In this document: positions 1 through 14,724 of the stretch, in pieces
Position numbering within the stretch: the stretch's first letter is position 1
How the letters are laid out: each line of letters opens with the position of its first letter
From: Octopus vulgaris
Taxonomy: Eukaryota
DNA length: 64,000 nt
NCBI GenBank assembly: GCA_951406725.2
Contig: OX597830.1
Span: 27,900,001 to 27,964,000 of the forward strand
Direction: 5' to 3'
The notes under the pieces: model-generated
What the model was told of the DNA's origin: nothing
Databases searched by the model: none
The model's input: the letters and a program-made list of their open reading frames with translations, nothing else
Translations under genes and position numbers: made by a program

Positions 1-514
1 TATATATACAAGTAATTCTATTTGCATTTGTTGTTATGCTTTCTGCAATGTGTATCACTCTGACTCGACAAATGTGTAAAATTCTGGCTGTAGGAACAGA
101 TTAAGAAAAAAATGTGGTTGGGGCAGGAACGAAATCCCTCAATAGAAAACTAGAAAAACAAAAATTTAAGTATAAGAAACGTATAAGAAAGCAAAATATT
201 GGTAAGTTTTGAATTGGTAATATATTATTTCCCTTCTAATCAATCATTTTACGGGGGACAGGATTGGAACTAAACAGAAATGAAATGAATGCGTATATAT
301 ATGTAACGACACATATGCAAACATGTATATGTATCACCATGCTTCAATCCATTTATCCATACGTACACACACACGCGCACACACGGATATATATATATAT
401 ATATACACATACATTTATACATATGTATAATATATGCATATGTATATGTATATATGTGTGTGTGTATACATAGACAGGCGTACATACATATATTACATCT
501 ATGCATATATCTAC

Positions 515-545
<31 letters not shown>

Positions 546-1006
546 GATATATCTATCTATCTATCTGTCTGTCTGTCTGTCTATATATCTATGATATATA
601 TATATGTATATATATATACATATATATATGTGTGTGTGTGTGTGTATAAGTATATGAAGACACACACACATATATATACACATGTAATATGTATATACAT
701 TGCATATAGAAAGTGGGTGAAAGAATGAGGTAAGCATAGATGTAGAGATATACCATGTGCAGCTTTAAATCTATCGGCTATTTGAATAAGAGACATGTTT
801 AGATTTATAACCTGCTTAACCAGAAATGTACCTCCAAAAATACAAACCTAACAAACCTATGCACATACCCAACTTTTCTGTTCTCTCACTTCCGAAGAAC
901 TATAAATATTCAGTATTTCTAAGTTTTGCATTAGTCCTAATTCATAGTTACTTTCTTAGACACATATATACACGCACGTAGATATATACGTATCTATAAG
1001 TATATA

Positions 1007-1095
<89 letters not shown>

Positions 1096-1111
1096 ACATA
1101 TATACATATGT

Positions 1112-1144
<33 letters not shown>

Positions 1145-1149
1145 CATAT

Positions 1150-1390
1150 AAACATAGATACATATATAAAAAATTCAATATCGCACAAGAACGCTAAACA
1201 TCCAGATAGACGATACAAAGAAAACAAGGACGTGTCATTCGGAGTTTTCTTTTATCAGTCGAGTTCCAGATTATCTTTACAATTTCGGCTTGTTTAACTC
1301 GAGATTGCTCCAATCTGGCCAGTCCCAATGAAAAACTAAGCTAAGAGCATTAGATTCCTTAGAAGAAATCACCGAATGTATACAAAACTT
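1150..1390 (-). mobile_element. Fragment of a dispersed repeat, same family as 45765-46237 (probably Penelope-derived non-autonomous element)
   Basis: aatttcggc..ctcgagattgctccaatctggc..aaaaactaagctaagagcattagattcctt matches the reverse complement of ~45855-45940; embedded in (TA)n. Confidence 0.7.
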
Positions 1391-1436
1391 ATACATAAAT
1401 ATACATATACATATATATATAAATATATATATACGC

Positions 1437-1523
<87 letters not shown>

Positions 1524-1573
1524 TAAATATTTGTTGTGCAAGATTTTTTATGTGAAGTCGTGTGTTGAAACAG

Positions 1574-1804
1574 ATATTGTTATATTTCGGAATGGTCATA
1601 TTGCCAGTTTAGCCAATAAAAACACACGCACTATATATTTGTTGTTATTTTGCTTCAGTGTTATTTATTTTTCACATTAATCTTAATCTTAAAATAAGTT
1701 TAAGATTAATGTAAAAAATAAATAACACTGAAGCAAAATAACACCAAATATATAGTGCGTGTGTTTTTATTGGCTAAACTGGCAACATGACCATTCCGAA
1801 ATAT

Positions 1805-1812
<8 letters not shown>
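1574..1812. repeat. Near-perfect foldback palindrome, ~117-bp arms, 3-nt loop
   Basis: atattgttatatttcggaatggtc...ttaatctta / aaa / taagtttaag...gaccattccgaaatataacaatat, about 4 mismatches; a single arm recurs at 47766-47886. Confidence 0.95.
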
Positions 1813-1850
<38 letters not shown>

Positions 1851-1898
1851 GTGAAAATCAGACGTGAAAATCAGACAAGGTTGGAATTCCTTTTATTA

Positions 1899-1938
<40 letters not shown>

Positions 1939-2299
1939 ACGTGTATATATTTATATATATATATATATATCTGTGTGTGTGTGTGTATGTATGTATGTGT
2001 GTGTATGTGTGTGCGTGTATCTGCATGCGTTTGTAATCATACGTGCTCACATATATATGTTTGTAGTCTCCCTTTCAAAATTGGCACCTCGGAAATGTTC
2101 ACTCGAAAAGCCAACGCTCGATTCATACACATAGGTTTACATGAAGGTCTATTTAATTGTAGATAGATGAGTGAGTTAGTGTGAGCATATTTGAAAGTGT
2201 GTGTGTGTGTGTGTGTGTGTCTGTGGACATATGTTGCGTGTGAATATATAAATTGTTTCTATCTGATATACATACATCCATAGACATACTGCATGCTAG

Positions 2300-3575
2300 C
2301 TAGCCCGAATGTTTTGCATCTTTTCACTGTTCCATTAATGAAAAGTAAAAGTAATTTCCTTTTCGCTCTTTCACCGATTGCTGAGAAACCAAGCATCTTA
2401 AGATTGTCGTTGACTCTCTCACACAATGCGCAGCCTCAATAAACACACTTGTATAAATATAAAGATATGATGCTGATCACATAGACAGGTCCCTCATTAA
2501 CCCTGTATGGATATTAAAAATTTCTCTTATCTTTTATATATCTGCATGCACATATATGTGACCGTCTGATGGATAACAGATCTCTACTATGTAACATGTC
2601 TTTTTCTTTTACCAAATATCTTATCTGTTGTGTGGCTCCAGTATTTTAATTTGGTGTTTTGCCAAGAGCATTCTACTGCTATATGCTTCTACATCACTGC
2701 ATCTTCTTATGTTTTGATCTTTCTACAAAACTCTTTGACTGTTACATCATACCTAATCGAGATGTCAAGATAGGAATGTTGCTTATGTTGTGTTTCACAT
2801 TTTCAATGTCAGTTCCACGGACTCCGCACAGGCAGCCATATCTTTTGTATGCATCGGGTATTTTTTTTATCTCTTGTTCCTAGATTGCATTTGTAAGAGC
2901 TAATATATTCTTTCAAAGTGGAATTTAACATAACGTTTGTTTTCTTCAAAGTAAAGGCTTATATAACGGTTGTTAGTAGAAGATAGCATACTTTCGTTAT
3001 ATCTGTTAGTACTCAGCTTACGTTTTTTGAGAACATGGCTAATGGGAACTTTAGCCTTATTGCTAGAAGGCTTTTCATCAGATGTGTATGAGTGTATGTC
3101 GCTTGTCTCCAGTAATGAAATACTTTTCAGGTAGAACCTTTATACGCCAAATGGGGCTTTCTTCGATAAGGAGATTTGAACCATGAATCCATTCCGACAC
3201 CGCTTTCGAATGAATATGATGCGACATTCAAAAGCTGTTGCAAACAAGGTTAAGCTGCTGTCTCCGCGTGTTCATTGTAGGAAGAGACAACCAGTAAAAT
3301 GTCTAGTGATTGATAGCAGATTTAAAGTTTAATATCGATAGACCAAATCTCATTTAACGTCCAATTGAATAACCCAAATATTGGTATGATTGCTGCTACA
3401 CCAAAACTATCGTACCCCTTATGAAATTGTATCTTTGAGGATCATATTCATTATGACCAACCCTGGTAACGCTTTCTTTACTACAAGTGAAATAATACGA
3501 TATATTAACCTCAATTCCCGTGTATATGTAGCATTTCTCATTACATTGTGGATGAATATTAAATCTATTAATCAC
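2300..3575 (-). mobile_element. Heavily decayed RLE-type non-LTR retrotransposon (R4/Dong-like): RT C-terminus, zinc knuckle and restriction-like endonuclease
   Basis: Broken minus-strand translation gives ordered motifs CYIYTGIEVNISY (YxYLG-like), IIPIFGLFNWTLNEIWSIDIKT, AFECRII, LCGV..IENVKHNIS (CCHC remnant), HNR.D, IVEICYPSD, NLKMLGFS, GTVKRCKTF; many stops and frameshifts. Confidence 0.75.
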
Positions 3576-3584
3576 CGTGATCAC

Positions 3585-3851
3585 CGTGACCGACCGGGCT
3601 ATCAGATGTTGCTACAAATCGCTGGTCACAATGCGCTTCGCATTGTTTTAACCTTCAAATGACGCCAGAAGAAAGAGTGAAAGAAAGTTGTGGTGAAAGA
3701 GTACCGCAGGGATCGCCACCACCCCTTGCAGGAGCCTCGTGGAACTTTAGGTGTTTTCGATCAATAAACACTCACAACATCCGGTCTGAGAATCGAAACA
3801 GCGATGCCACAACCGCGAGTCGGCTGCCCTAACCACTGGGCCATTGCGCCT
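3585..3851 (-). mobile_element. tRNA-derived SINE (family D)
   Basis: Minus strand begins aggcgcaatggcccagtggttagggcag (A box), then gtttcgattc (B box); same body as 58238, 59268 and 59890 copies. Confidence 0.85.
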
Positions 3852-4261
3852 ACACTGAAGCTATTAATATAAATGTTTATATGTATGCAGGAGTATACGG
3901 ACCGTTTCGGGAAGGCCTCAAAACAGTGCACATTCTTTCCTCATGACCCATGAAACCTTCTCGTATATAGTATGGGGAGTTTTCGACTGGCTATCTGTTA
4001 CCACGAAACTGTATGCATGTAGGTACTATGTTTCCCTTCAGCTGTGTCACTGTGGTTTCGTATCCAGCTTGTGCATGGAAAATTCATTAAAAGACTCCTT
4101 CCGTAGTCGTTAGATCTAATGATTTACTAATTCTTTTAACGGGTTAATAATTTTTGCTTCCAAGTTGGAAAGAGTATTAATCGTATTTTCGAGAATGGTC
4201 GTCGCATGCGCCAAAAATGCAACTTAGGACTTCGATCGTCTCTAAGTATGTATTTGCATAT

Positions 4262-4372
4262 ATGCCATTATTCAGTTTTATCTCAAGATTTCTTGCAAAT
4301 AAAGTGTCGGTTTCTAACCTAGATCTAAGGCTCCTTCATTGGAATTCCAACAACATCAACAGGGTATTTTTG
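4262..4372 (-). mobile_element. 3' UTR fragment of RLE LINE family
   Basis: Inverted homolog of 10398-10502; similar to the 3' UTR of the 51745-52062 element. Confidence 0.6.
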
Positions 4373-4384
4373 TATATATATGTA

Positions 4385-4623
4385 TCTATTATATAAAATC
4401 CATTCTGTCTGTCTGTGTGTGTGTCTTCTAGGATTTCGGGCATCTTCCATCCGATATTTAATATGTAGATATCGACGGTATCAGTGCGTGTACAAGTCTT
4501 CAAAAAATTACAAAAGTCGATTCTTGGTGAGAATGCGATCGATAAAGCCGTGGGAACGTGCATTTGTACGCACAAGTACATCAGCTGTTGCGATCGATAC
4601 TACGCGTACGCGAGAAAAATGCA
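4385..4623 (+). mobile_element. Non-autonomous Helitron-like element, 5' portion
   Basis: A|TCTATTATATAAAATCC start followed by (GTCT)n(GT)n; colinear with 58870-59107. Confidence 0.75.
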
Positions 4624-4739
4624 TGTGCAGTTTGGGTAAAAAGAGCCGGCTGGCTTGAAAAAATGCCACAAAATATGAACATATCTAGACATGCAAGTAT
4701 AACATATGAATACACATATAAAACGGAACATACAAATCC

Positions 4740-4802
<63 letters not shown>

Positions 4803-5269
4803 CATATATACTTAAATATATGTATGTATACATGTATGGATGGATGAATATATGTATGCAAGTGTGTATATATGTATGTATGTATGTATACATGTAAGTA
4901 TATATATATATGTATGCATGCATTTATCCATGTATGTATGCATGTATGTATGTATGTCTGTGTGTAGGCATGTATGTATGTATGAATGTATGTATGTATG
5001 TATGTATATATGTATGTAAGTATATAATCGGAAATGCATATTCTATGAATTACAATGCATGCCGGCATGTATAAATGAATTTATACGTGCATGTAGGCAC
5101 TCGTACATATACATTCTCTCGATGAATATATGTGTGCATGTATGCATATATATCTGTGTGTATGCGTGTGTTGTGCGTGTATGTGTGTGGCTGTGTATAT
5201 AAGTAGACGATTTAACTGTAACCTGTAGCTGTCAATCATTCTGAAACTATTTAAATACTTGTCTCTGAC

Positions 5270-5355
<86 letters not shown>

Positions 5356-5477
5356 AATCTATCTATCTATCTGTTTACCTAACTTATACATATGCAACAC
5401 ACAAATACATACACATATACACAGGCACATACACTCACACATAGACTCTCACACATACGCACCACCCTATATATATA

Positions 5478-5643
5478 GGCGCAGGAGTGGCTGTGTGATT
5501 GATTACTAGGTTGCTTACCAACCACATGGTATCGATTTCAGTCCTCCTGCGTGACACCTTGTGCAGGTGTCTTCTACTAGAGCCTCATGCCGACAAAGGC
5601 CTTGTGAGTAGATTTGGAAGGCGGAAACTGAAAGAAGCCCGAG

Positions 5644-5680
<37 letters not shown>

Positions 5681-5890
5681 ATGCATGTCTGTGTTTGTCC
5701 CTTGTAATCGCTTGACAACCGATGCTGGTGTGTTTATGTCCCCGTAACTTAGCAGTTCGGCGAAACTGACCGATAGAATAAGTACTATAGGCTTACAGAG
5801 AATGACTCCTGGGGTCGATTTGATCGACTAAAGGCGGTTTTCCAGCATGGCCGCATTTAAAAGACTGAAACAAATAAAAGAATAAAAGAA
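5478..5890 (+). mobile_element. tRNA-derived SINE (family A, CORE-like, internal (TA)n(TG)n)
   Basis: ggcgcaggagtggctgtgtg head, cacctt(g)ggcaagtgtc-like core, gactgaaacaa.taaaagaataaaag tail; copies at 32255, 44765, 45277, 54715. Confidence 0.9.
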
Positions 5891-5893
5891 GGA

Positions 5894-5948
<55 letters not shown>

Positions 5949-5992
5949 CATACATACACACGCACACACACACACAGACACACACACACACA

Positions 5993-6067
<75 letters not shown>

Positions 6068-6989
6068 CAGTAGGTATTTTTTACATGTATACCATCAATA
6101 AAAGCGTTCCATTTTATAGAAAATGAATTCAGAAATGTACTGAATATGTACTCATACGTGTAAAAATGATCTCTGTAAAAGATGTATATTACTAATCGTA
6201 CGTACGTCTTTATGTGTGTTTATGCTAAAAATACACACATACCCTAACACACATGTAAACGCTCACGTCACAAGTATATATCCTTAAATACTTTTGATAA
6301 ATGTCTATCATACATGTTTATAGGTATGCATGTATATATGTTTGTATATATATATATATATATATGTATATATAGTTATATGTGTATATATATATATATT
6401 TATATATATATACATATATATACATACATATATATATGTACACATATATATACATACATATATATACATATATACATACATATACATATATATACATATG
6501 TACGTATATATATATATATATATATATATACGCACAACGCATGCATACACACATATATCTATGTATGCATATATATATATATATATATATATATTAATAT
6601 GTATGTATATGTACATGCAGAAATGTGTCATCGCTATATATATATATATGTGCACGAATATACTCGTTAGTACTCATGTATATAAATTTGTAGATGTATA
6701 TATATATATATATATATAATACATAAATATGCAAGTATGTATATATGAGTGTATAGTAAATAATATTCTTCTTTGATTCAATATATTTAATAAAAAATAT
6801 TGAATATGAGGAAAATAAGTAATAATAAGAGCCAAAATATAAAATGCAATAGTGGTTTGACAAAGAAATTATTATTTCAATAAGATACCCGTAGCATGGT
6901 GTTAAAACTTCATGTTTTGCAAAGTAAAGAGGAGATAGAGAAAGGAACAATAATAAAAAGAAATATTTATAAAAAAACACTAAAAAAAA

Positions 6990-7055
6990 CAAGTAAATAT
7001 CAAAAACAAAACACAACAATCAGAAAATTATGAAATCTATTCTATTAAATTTATT
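6990..7055 (-). terminator. Candidate cleavage/polyadenylation site
   Basis: Minus-strand AATAAA (7055-7050) followed ~30 nt later by GU/U-rich ttgttgtgttttgtttttg; ~850 nt downstream of the candidate stop at 7897. Confidence 0.4.
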
Positions 7056-7364
7056 TAGATTCCTGACAATAATCTAATATAAGTACTGCATACTAACAAC
7101 AAAGCTTATAATTCGTTTAACCTTGTGCATGTTAAATATTATCTAGACTTTACTGTGAAAATGAAAGAAAAAAAAATCGTTAAAAGAAAACAGCTGAAAA
7201 CTTTAAATGACGCCTGAGGCTAAGTATTTTCATTATTTTTACGTGCAAAACTTAGAGACAAGCTCACTTTACAGTCGAATAATAAAAGTTTTACAAAACT
7301 CTCCATGTATGGTTATTCTTCATCGTTGTTATTGCTGTTGTTATTGTTGTCATTACCTTTATTC

Positions 7365-7394
7365 AATTATTACTATTATTATTATTATTATTAC

Positions 7395-7490
<96 letters not shown>

Positions 7491-7546
7491 CATCATCATC
7501 ATTATTATTCTGATCATTATTATTATTATGAATATTATTATTATTA
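7365..7546. repeat. (ATT)n microsatellite, inside the putative 3' UTR
   Basis: Directly visible. Confidence 0.98.
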
Positions 7547-7896
7547 AAAAGGATAAAAAATATATATAATTGTTTGTATTATTTGCTTTGCTTTCTTATT
7601 GTTTGGAAAACAAAAATCTAATTGTTATTAGATAATATCAAGTTTTGAAATTCGCTTTTTTTCTGCATTCTCAAAAAGAAGCACAACAAAAAAAATTAAT
7701 AATAAATAAAAATTAAAAATTGAATATATATACATAAATATAAATATATGCGTATATGTGTATAGTTGTGTGGTGTGTGTGTGTGTGTATAATTAAAAAA
7801 AAAAACAAGAAAAAGGGTGAAAGAAAGGCACGAAAGCTGTGAAGAGTTGAAAAGATATTGCAGATGACCTAGATCTGTAAAGTTGAGGTTTGAGCT

Positions 7897-7960
7897 TCAT
7901 GAATCTACAGCTTCTGCTAAATCATTATTTTCTTTATCCTGGTTAAAGATTGCGTTACCA
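7897..7960 (-). CDS. Candidate terminal coding exon, (N)GNAIFNQDKENNDLAEAVDS*, protein unidentified
   Basis: Acceptor gttttctttaag|T, open to TGA, phase-compatible with 12965-12905, followed by U-rich UTR-like sequence and a poly(A) signal. Confidence 0.42.
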
Positions 7961-8075
7961 CTTAAAGAAAACTTGTATGTAAGCACGTACACGCACATAC
8001 ACAGAGAAACACCCGTATACATCATATAATATGTATGTATGCATATATTCATACATAAATATATATATATATACA

Positions 8076-8138
<63 letters not shown>

Positions 8139-9218
8139 GTATGTATGTATGTGTACATTTTATTATATCATAATATATATATATTACACACAGACATATG
8201 TACACAGTATATCTTTTTGAGAATTTAATCAGTAATTATATAAATATATATGTAAATATATCTGTGTGTGTGTGTGTGTATGTCTATGCGTGTGTCAGTG
8301 TGTGATGAATTTATGATCCAAGTGTATGCATTTGTGTATTACGTACGTGTATTTAATACGCCTGTCTTTTAACAATTTAATTCATTCAAACAATTATACT
8401 GAAATGCACCCTGTAAAATCATACGTGTGCATGCGAGTTTATATGTAAAAATTTATGTCCGTCGTGTGTGTATATGCTTGTATATACAATGCACACTCAT
8501 ATATTTAATATAATACGATATATAATTCTTTAATATCCGCAAAAATATTTAGCTTAATCTATTAATCTAACAAAATTTTCATTTTTCTTTTAAATATTAT
8601 ATTATTACGTTCACATTTCCATGCGAATTATGAAGATATTCAGATGTTTCAGACAATAAGCTATTAGTGTTTAATTCTTGAAAGTTCTATGGAAGTCATG
8701 AAGAGTAAATGACATGAAATCATATTAAAGTAAATTCAATTAGATATATGTAATGTATATTACATAATAGAACTCCCAAATTTAAAATCGAGAACAAAAA
8801 TTGAGGAGAGCGTTCTCTAAGACTTCATAGTTAGAAATTTTGACAAGTTCTACAACACCATCTAGTCAGTTGTAATAAAGAACTCTGCGATTAAAGTCAC
8901 TCCGGGCGTGATCATCCCGTATTACTTTCCTTTTCATATAGACGAATGTGATTTACAAGATATTTGAGTGCTATTTCTAACACATCAGTTGCCTGCTAAG
9001 ACGATCCTTCTTTACACGGTATTGAATCATTTATACCAACCACTAAGTGATTTCGATCCTTTTCTCACTTCATTTTAATGATATCGTGAGTTAAAAGCAA
9101 CACAGGGACAGTCAAGATATGAAACACAAGAACCCAGTTTTTTTTCCAGTAATTTTATTCAGTCAAACACAGTATAAAATAATTTACACATTTATGCAGG
9201 CATTCACGTCCGTGGGCA

Positions 9219-9430
<212 letters not shown>

Positions 9431-10397
9431 TATCTATTGGTCAGTCTGTCTGTCTGTCTGTCTTATCTGTCTGTTTTATCTGTGTGTCTTATTTGTCTGT
9501 CTATCTGTTTCTATCCATCTGTCTGTCGATCTATTTATCTATCTGTATGCATGCATACTGTGTGTGTGTTTGTGTGCATGTGGTTCTGTGTATGAGTGTA
9601 TGTGTGTGTGTGTGCGCCCCTTGTGTATTTAGTCGTGCGTGTATATGCATAGAAGTCTCGAGTGAACGTGAAATAATTCTTTATTTGGAACGGTGGATCC
9701 TTGAAGCGCATAGTGACATAAAGAATAACTTGTAAATATTGTTTTGAAAGACCTTTGGAAAGATAACATCGAAAGCTGCCTTATTGAAAGCGATTTTAAC
9801 CTAATACTTATACGTTATTATTTACACTTCAATTTGCAGCAAGGTCCACACGCACATACACACACACGTTGTGTATTTCTGAATGTATGCTATGTATAAA
9901 GTCTAGATAATTCTACATTTGCTAAATTGGAAGCCTTGGCAATGGAGATTACAATGATGTGAAAACATCCTATCTCTCTTGAAGTAAACAGGAATAACTG
10001 GAAAACTTCTTAAACATTTGTAAATGCTCCTCATCGGGTGTATAAGACATTTTCCTCTATTCACAATACTTTGAATCTAAATCACTATGTATAGTAATAA
10101 CACATTACATACATAGATGCATACATACATACATACATACTAATTTTTAGAAATTTTGCATCGCAAAACCGGAAGGAGGAAGCTTATTCGACTACAAATT
10201 CAATCCGTCACTGGAACTATAAAAATCTATAAAACCTGCTTGCCAGAACTTTATCATTTAGGTATATATGAACGTGCCTAGATATGCAACTATATGCATG
10301 AAAAGACATGCATAAACCAAAGTTTACAAATCTGAACGTATACATACGTACATAGATTCGTACATACATACATTCATACATGCATATATACATGCAT

Positions 10398-10502
10398 GCA
10401 AAAATACCTTGTTGTTGATATTGAAATGTCAATCTTTGGATCGGGATTAGAAACCCACTCTTTCTGTATTTGCAAGAAATCTTGAAATAAAACCGAATGG
10501 CA
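10398..10502 (+). mobile_element. 3' end of RLE LINE family with (CATA)n tail
   Basis: ...gcaagaaatcttgAAATAAAaccgaatgg(cata)n; homologous to 4262-4372. Confidence 0.6.
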
Positions 10503-12037
10503 TACATACATACATACATACATACACAGACACACACGCACGCACGCACACATACACACATATATGTATGTATATAATGATGATGAGAACGGAGACTTCT
10601 CCATATTTATAATTTTACTAAACAATTATTTACACCATTCTTTCGGGGTACTACATGCATAATTTCAACTGCATCGACTGCACAGTTAAATATGCAGCCT
10701 CTTGGTGCCATTTTCGGTAGAGTTTTATCAGGGTCCATTATTTACTGCTATTTGAAGTTAAACTGTTGAACAATAAGAATGAATTCTCAATGATTCAAGG
10801 ATGAATAACATTTCTGTATTCGTGTATTAAGGCTACTATTGGTTCCATGTTAAGAAAGTATCTTAATATTCTAACAATTTTTCCAGCTGATCATAGAGAG
10901 GAATGTGTTCGTCTCCATTTTGGATGAAAACACGAAAATTCACGGGAATTCAGAATAAATTCTCGTAAGGATCACAGGACATCAAGTGGTACTACTCTAG
11001 GATGACACACAGGCGTACACAAACACACACATACACACATATTCACAAACACACGCACACACATACACATACATATATATATATATATATAAATCCCTCC
11101 ATTGTAGAGCACAATGGAATAGCTTAGCTAACTCTCCGAATTGATATGCATTGAGGACATCTGTATAATACTGTAAGTGATTTTTAGCATATCAGTATTA
11201 GGTAGGTTTTCATTGACAGATTTCCTGATTATGATTGAATTGGAATTTAAAGGCTTTTCATTCCACTTTCTAAGAAAGCAATAAGACCAGGTTTTTTTTG
11301 TTGTTCTCTCTTCGCTATATCTATGGATAGATAGAAATATTTTGCTGTGTTTAACTGTAAGTTTCCTCTCTTACTCACCTCAGATAAAGGACAGTTTTCT
11401 GATATTTAAGCTTAACCCTTTTGAAAGCAATTAAAGTTGTTGAATTTTCCTAGAAATCTCCTATGTAGTAGCTAAGTTATAAATAATCTAGAAATATAAT
11501 TGAAACAGAACCCGCGTAGAGCTTGCAACTCCTGTAGATGCAAGCTTGAACAAGACTTTTGGAGGAAGACAAACAAACAGTTGTCCATGTATGCAAGTTT
11601 CCCCTTTCGTCCCCACCAATGTTTATCTAAATGATGTCTCGGATATGGGTCAATAAACCTCTTTCCAGCTCGTTCAGTCTGGAGAAAGGGAGTTTCCCTA
11701 TGAAATTGTCAGGCTGTCAGAAAAGGGTGATTTCGATACTATTCTGAGCAAGGGGAGCATTAAAACGGACAACTCTATGCTAGCTTTTCTAACTTTTGTT
11801 AAATACAACAAACATAAATGCGAAGATAAATAAAAAAAAAAGAATAAATCCGAGGATAAATAGAGAAATAATACAAATTCATCTTATTTTTACTCTGTTC
11901 CCTGTACACACGGGATAACGACGAAACGTCTTTGTGGCAAGTGTTTCGAATTGTTAGAAATAGCAGCTAAAGTTCTAATCAATCACGTCCTCTTCTGTTG
12001 AAGAAGAGAGAGATATAATACAGAGTATAGTCTAGAG

Positions 12038-12355
12038 CAGAGATTCTCAAAGTTTTGGGGCCATCGCGCCCTCATAGCTACATAATATCCTCAGCGCCCC
12101 CAACCGCATTTTTATGTATAAATAGATATTTAATATTTTACTAATTTATATATACTATGAATCATTTGATATTTAATATATTATATAATTTGTATACAAT
12201 ACTATAATATAATAGATTCTAAGTGTTCTCCAAACCACTGCCTTTCTCCCAATGCCTCCCTTTCTCTACTCCCACCGCCCCCGTAGGCACTAGTGCCCAC
12301 CTGGACCGTCTCAACTCCCACTGGGGGGCGGTAGCGCCCACTTTGAGAACCTATT
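12038..12355. mobile_element. hAT (Charlie-type) MITE
   Basis: TIRs CAGAGATTCTCAAAGT / ACTTTGAGAACCTATT; exact 8-bp TSD GTCTAGAG at 12030-12037 and 12356-12363, matching the NTCTAGAN preference of hAT-Charlie elements. Confidence 0.9.
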
Positions 12356-12440
12356 GTCTAGAGAAACGTTGCCCGATAGAAGGATGAGATTGGCTTGGCA
12401 CAGTCAAGGAAGCTTTGATTGTAAGTCTGCTCAATCACAA

Positions 12441-12657
12441 GGCGGCGAGCTGGTAGAATCGTTAGCACGCCGGGCGAAATGCTTAGCAGTATTTCGTCTG
12501 CGGCTACGTTCTGAGTTCAAATTCCGCCGAGGTGGACTTTGCCTTTCATCCTTTCGGGGTCGATTAAATAAGTACCAGTTACGCACTGGGGTCGATATAA
12601 TTGACTTAATCCGTTTGTCTCCTCTGTGTTTAGCCCCATGTGGGTAGTAAAGAAATA
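12441..12657 (+). mobile_element. tRNA-derived SINE (family B)
   Basis: ggcggcgagctggtagaatcgttagc head, gagttcaaattcc B box, gcctttcatcctttcggggtcgat..aagtaccag central domain, gtaaagaaata tail. Confidence 0.9.
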
Positions 12658-12904
12658 GTAAACTTGTGTTTAATAATAAAAACAAATGTATATATACAGC
12701 TTCACATATTTCTATTCCACCTTATCCCTCGCCTCCTAAATAAACCTATTTTCGTCCATTACCCCTGTCATTACCACAAGCATCTCCACCACCATCATCA
12801 CCACCACTACTTTCGCTGCTGCTACCTCCAGCGCCACAGCCACTACGTTTGCCCGCACGCTGAATTTTCGTTTCTTATCTGAGGGTTTGTTAGGTCAAAC
12901 TCAC

Positions 12905-12965
12905 TTGTTAATGTCGACTTGTAAACACGTATTCGTCGCCCAGTGTGGAAGCTTTTGGTAGAACT
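12905..12965 (-). CDS. Candidate penultimate coding exon, xFYQKLPHWATNTCLQVDIN
   Basis: 61 nt; ctatctag| acceptor (weak), AA|GTGAGT donor (strong); phase 1 to phase 2, joins in frame to 7960; non-repetitive sequence. Confidence 0.42.
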
Positions 12966-13377
12966 CTAGATAGATGTATTAACTTCCTTTAGATTTCCAT
13001 AAGCTATATCACAGCTTATTATTTATAATATGAAAATAAATAAGAATTAATTTCGATTCAGGACTGAAGTTATATAAACGATTTCTCAACAAATAAGCAA
13101 ACTGCAAACAGTAAGTAGCAAATAGCAAATAGAAAATGAAATTTTCGAATAACTGCTGTACTATTTCACTAAAAGCTAAGTAAGTGTATGTACCAAATGG
13201 ATTTCTCCACAATATGTCGCCGTCCTCTCACGTGACCTGATATTACAATGGCAGTGCATAATTATTTAATCGCCCATTGTCCAGCTTTACAGAATAAAGT
13301 CAGCTGGGAGAATATGTTCGTAGAGGATATTGCAATGAGGCAAAATTGATGTTATCATATTTGATGACTTTTGGTAA

Positions 13378-13379
<2 letters not shown>

Positions 13380-13439
<60 letters not shown>

Positions 13440-13800
13440 AGAGAGAGAGAAAGAGAGAGAGAGTGTGAGAGAGAGTGAGAGAGACAGAGATTTAGAGAGT
13501 GAAAGAGAGAGAGTGTGAGAAGGAAAGAGTGAGCGAGAGTGAGAGAGAGAAAGAGAGAAAAAGAGAGTGGTACGTAGACTAGCGTAGTTAAATAGTGAGG
13601 CAGATTGAAAGAGACATAGAGGAGAAAATATAGAGTGTGCTTAGGTATGAACGAGACACAAAGAGAAAGCGAAAGAGAAAAGGAGACACAGACAAAGTGG
13701 GAGAGAGAGAGAGAGAGAGAGAGAGAGGAAGAAAGATAGTGAGATATAAACGGAAAGAAAGAGAGAGAGACAGATAGAGAGACAGAGAGAGAGAGAAAGA
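13380..13800. repeat. (GA)n-rich polypurine tract
   Basis: Directly visible. Confidence 0.95.
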
Positions 13801-14386
13801 AAATCGTAAGTGCGAAAGCGAGAACGAGGAGAGCGGGTGCGTATTTGGTAATATGATGGTAGAGAGGAAGTATGTGCTGCGAGGTGTCTGGTGAGGGCTG
13901 ATTCGATTTCAAATTCAAGAGGTCAATAAGCCATAACCAAATCCATTAACCGTCACAACACTAACATCTCTGATCTATTATCTGTTGTAAATAGCGCGTT
14001 ATAATGAAATCAAATAGATTCAATACGGTATTGAGCTAAAGCTGGACCGTTTTCTGCCCTTTTGTGAGTAGAGTAATGTAGATATCAAATAATGCATTAT
14101 TTCCCTTTGAACCCGGTGTCCCCCAATATTTATTTACACGGTTTGCTTACTAATAAAAAGTATCGTACAGCTTAGAATACAATTACATATGGATGTTACA
14201 TGATCGTAGAAGCTTAGCTAATCGAAACAATTTGTAACCTGATTAAACATTGCTGTTGTCTCTAGTTTTAGAAAGATTCAGGAACAAAGTAAACGGTGTC
14301 ATACCTGCGAATACTATGGCTGATCATTCAGTATTTTTGTCCCTTATGAATTAAATATATGACTTACTATGATTCACGCCTCTTTC

Positions 14387-14491
<105 letters not shown>

Positions 14492-14526
14492 TCATTATCT
14501 ATTTGTCTGTCTGTCTATCTATATGA

Positions 14527-14563
<37 letters not shown>

Positions 14564-14636
14564 TGTGTATGTGTACGTACAAGTATTTGTCTGTGTATAT
14601 ATTACATTTGTGAATATGCATACACACACACACACT

Positions 14637-14724
<88 letters not shown>

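Noticed and set aside
3045-3085. Minus-strand CTGATGA followed by a small stem
   Set aside because: No GAAA after the stem and lies within a decayed LINE
7860-7925. Stem-loop spanning the candidate TGA (SECIS or readthrough element)
   Set aside because: Spacing does not fit a SECIS core and pairing is weak
10408-10480. Minus-strand exon-like segment (DFLQIQKEWVSNPDPK) with AG/GT ends
   Set aside because: Antisense of a LINE 3' UTR repeat also present at 4262-4372
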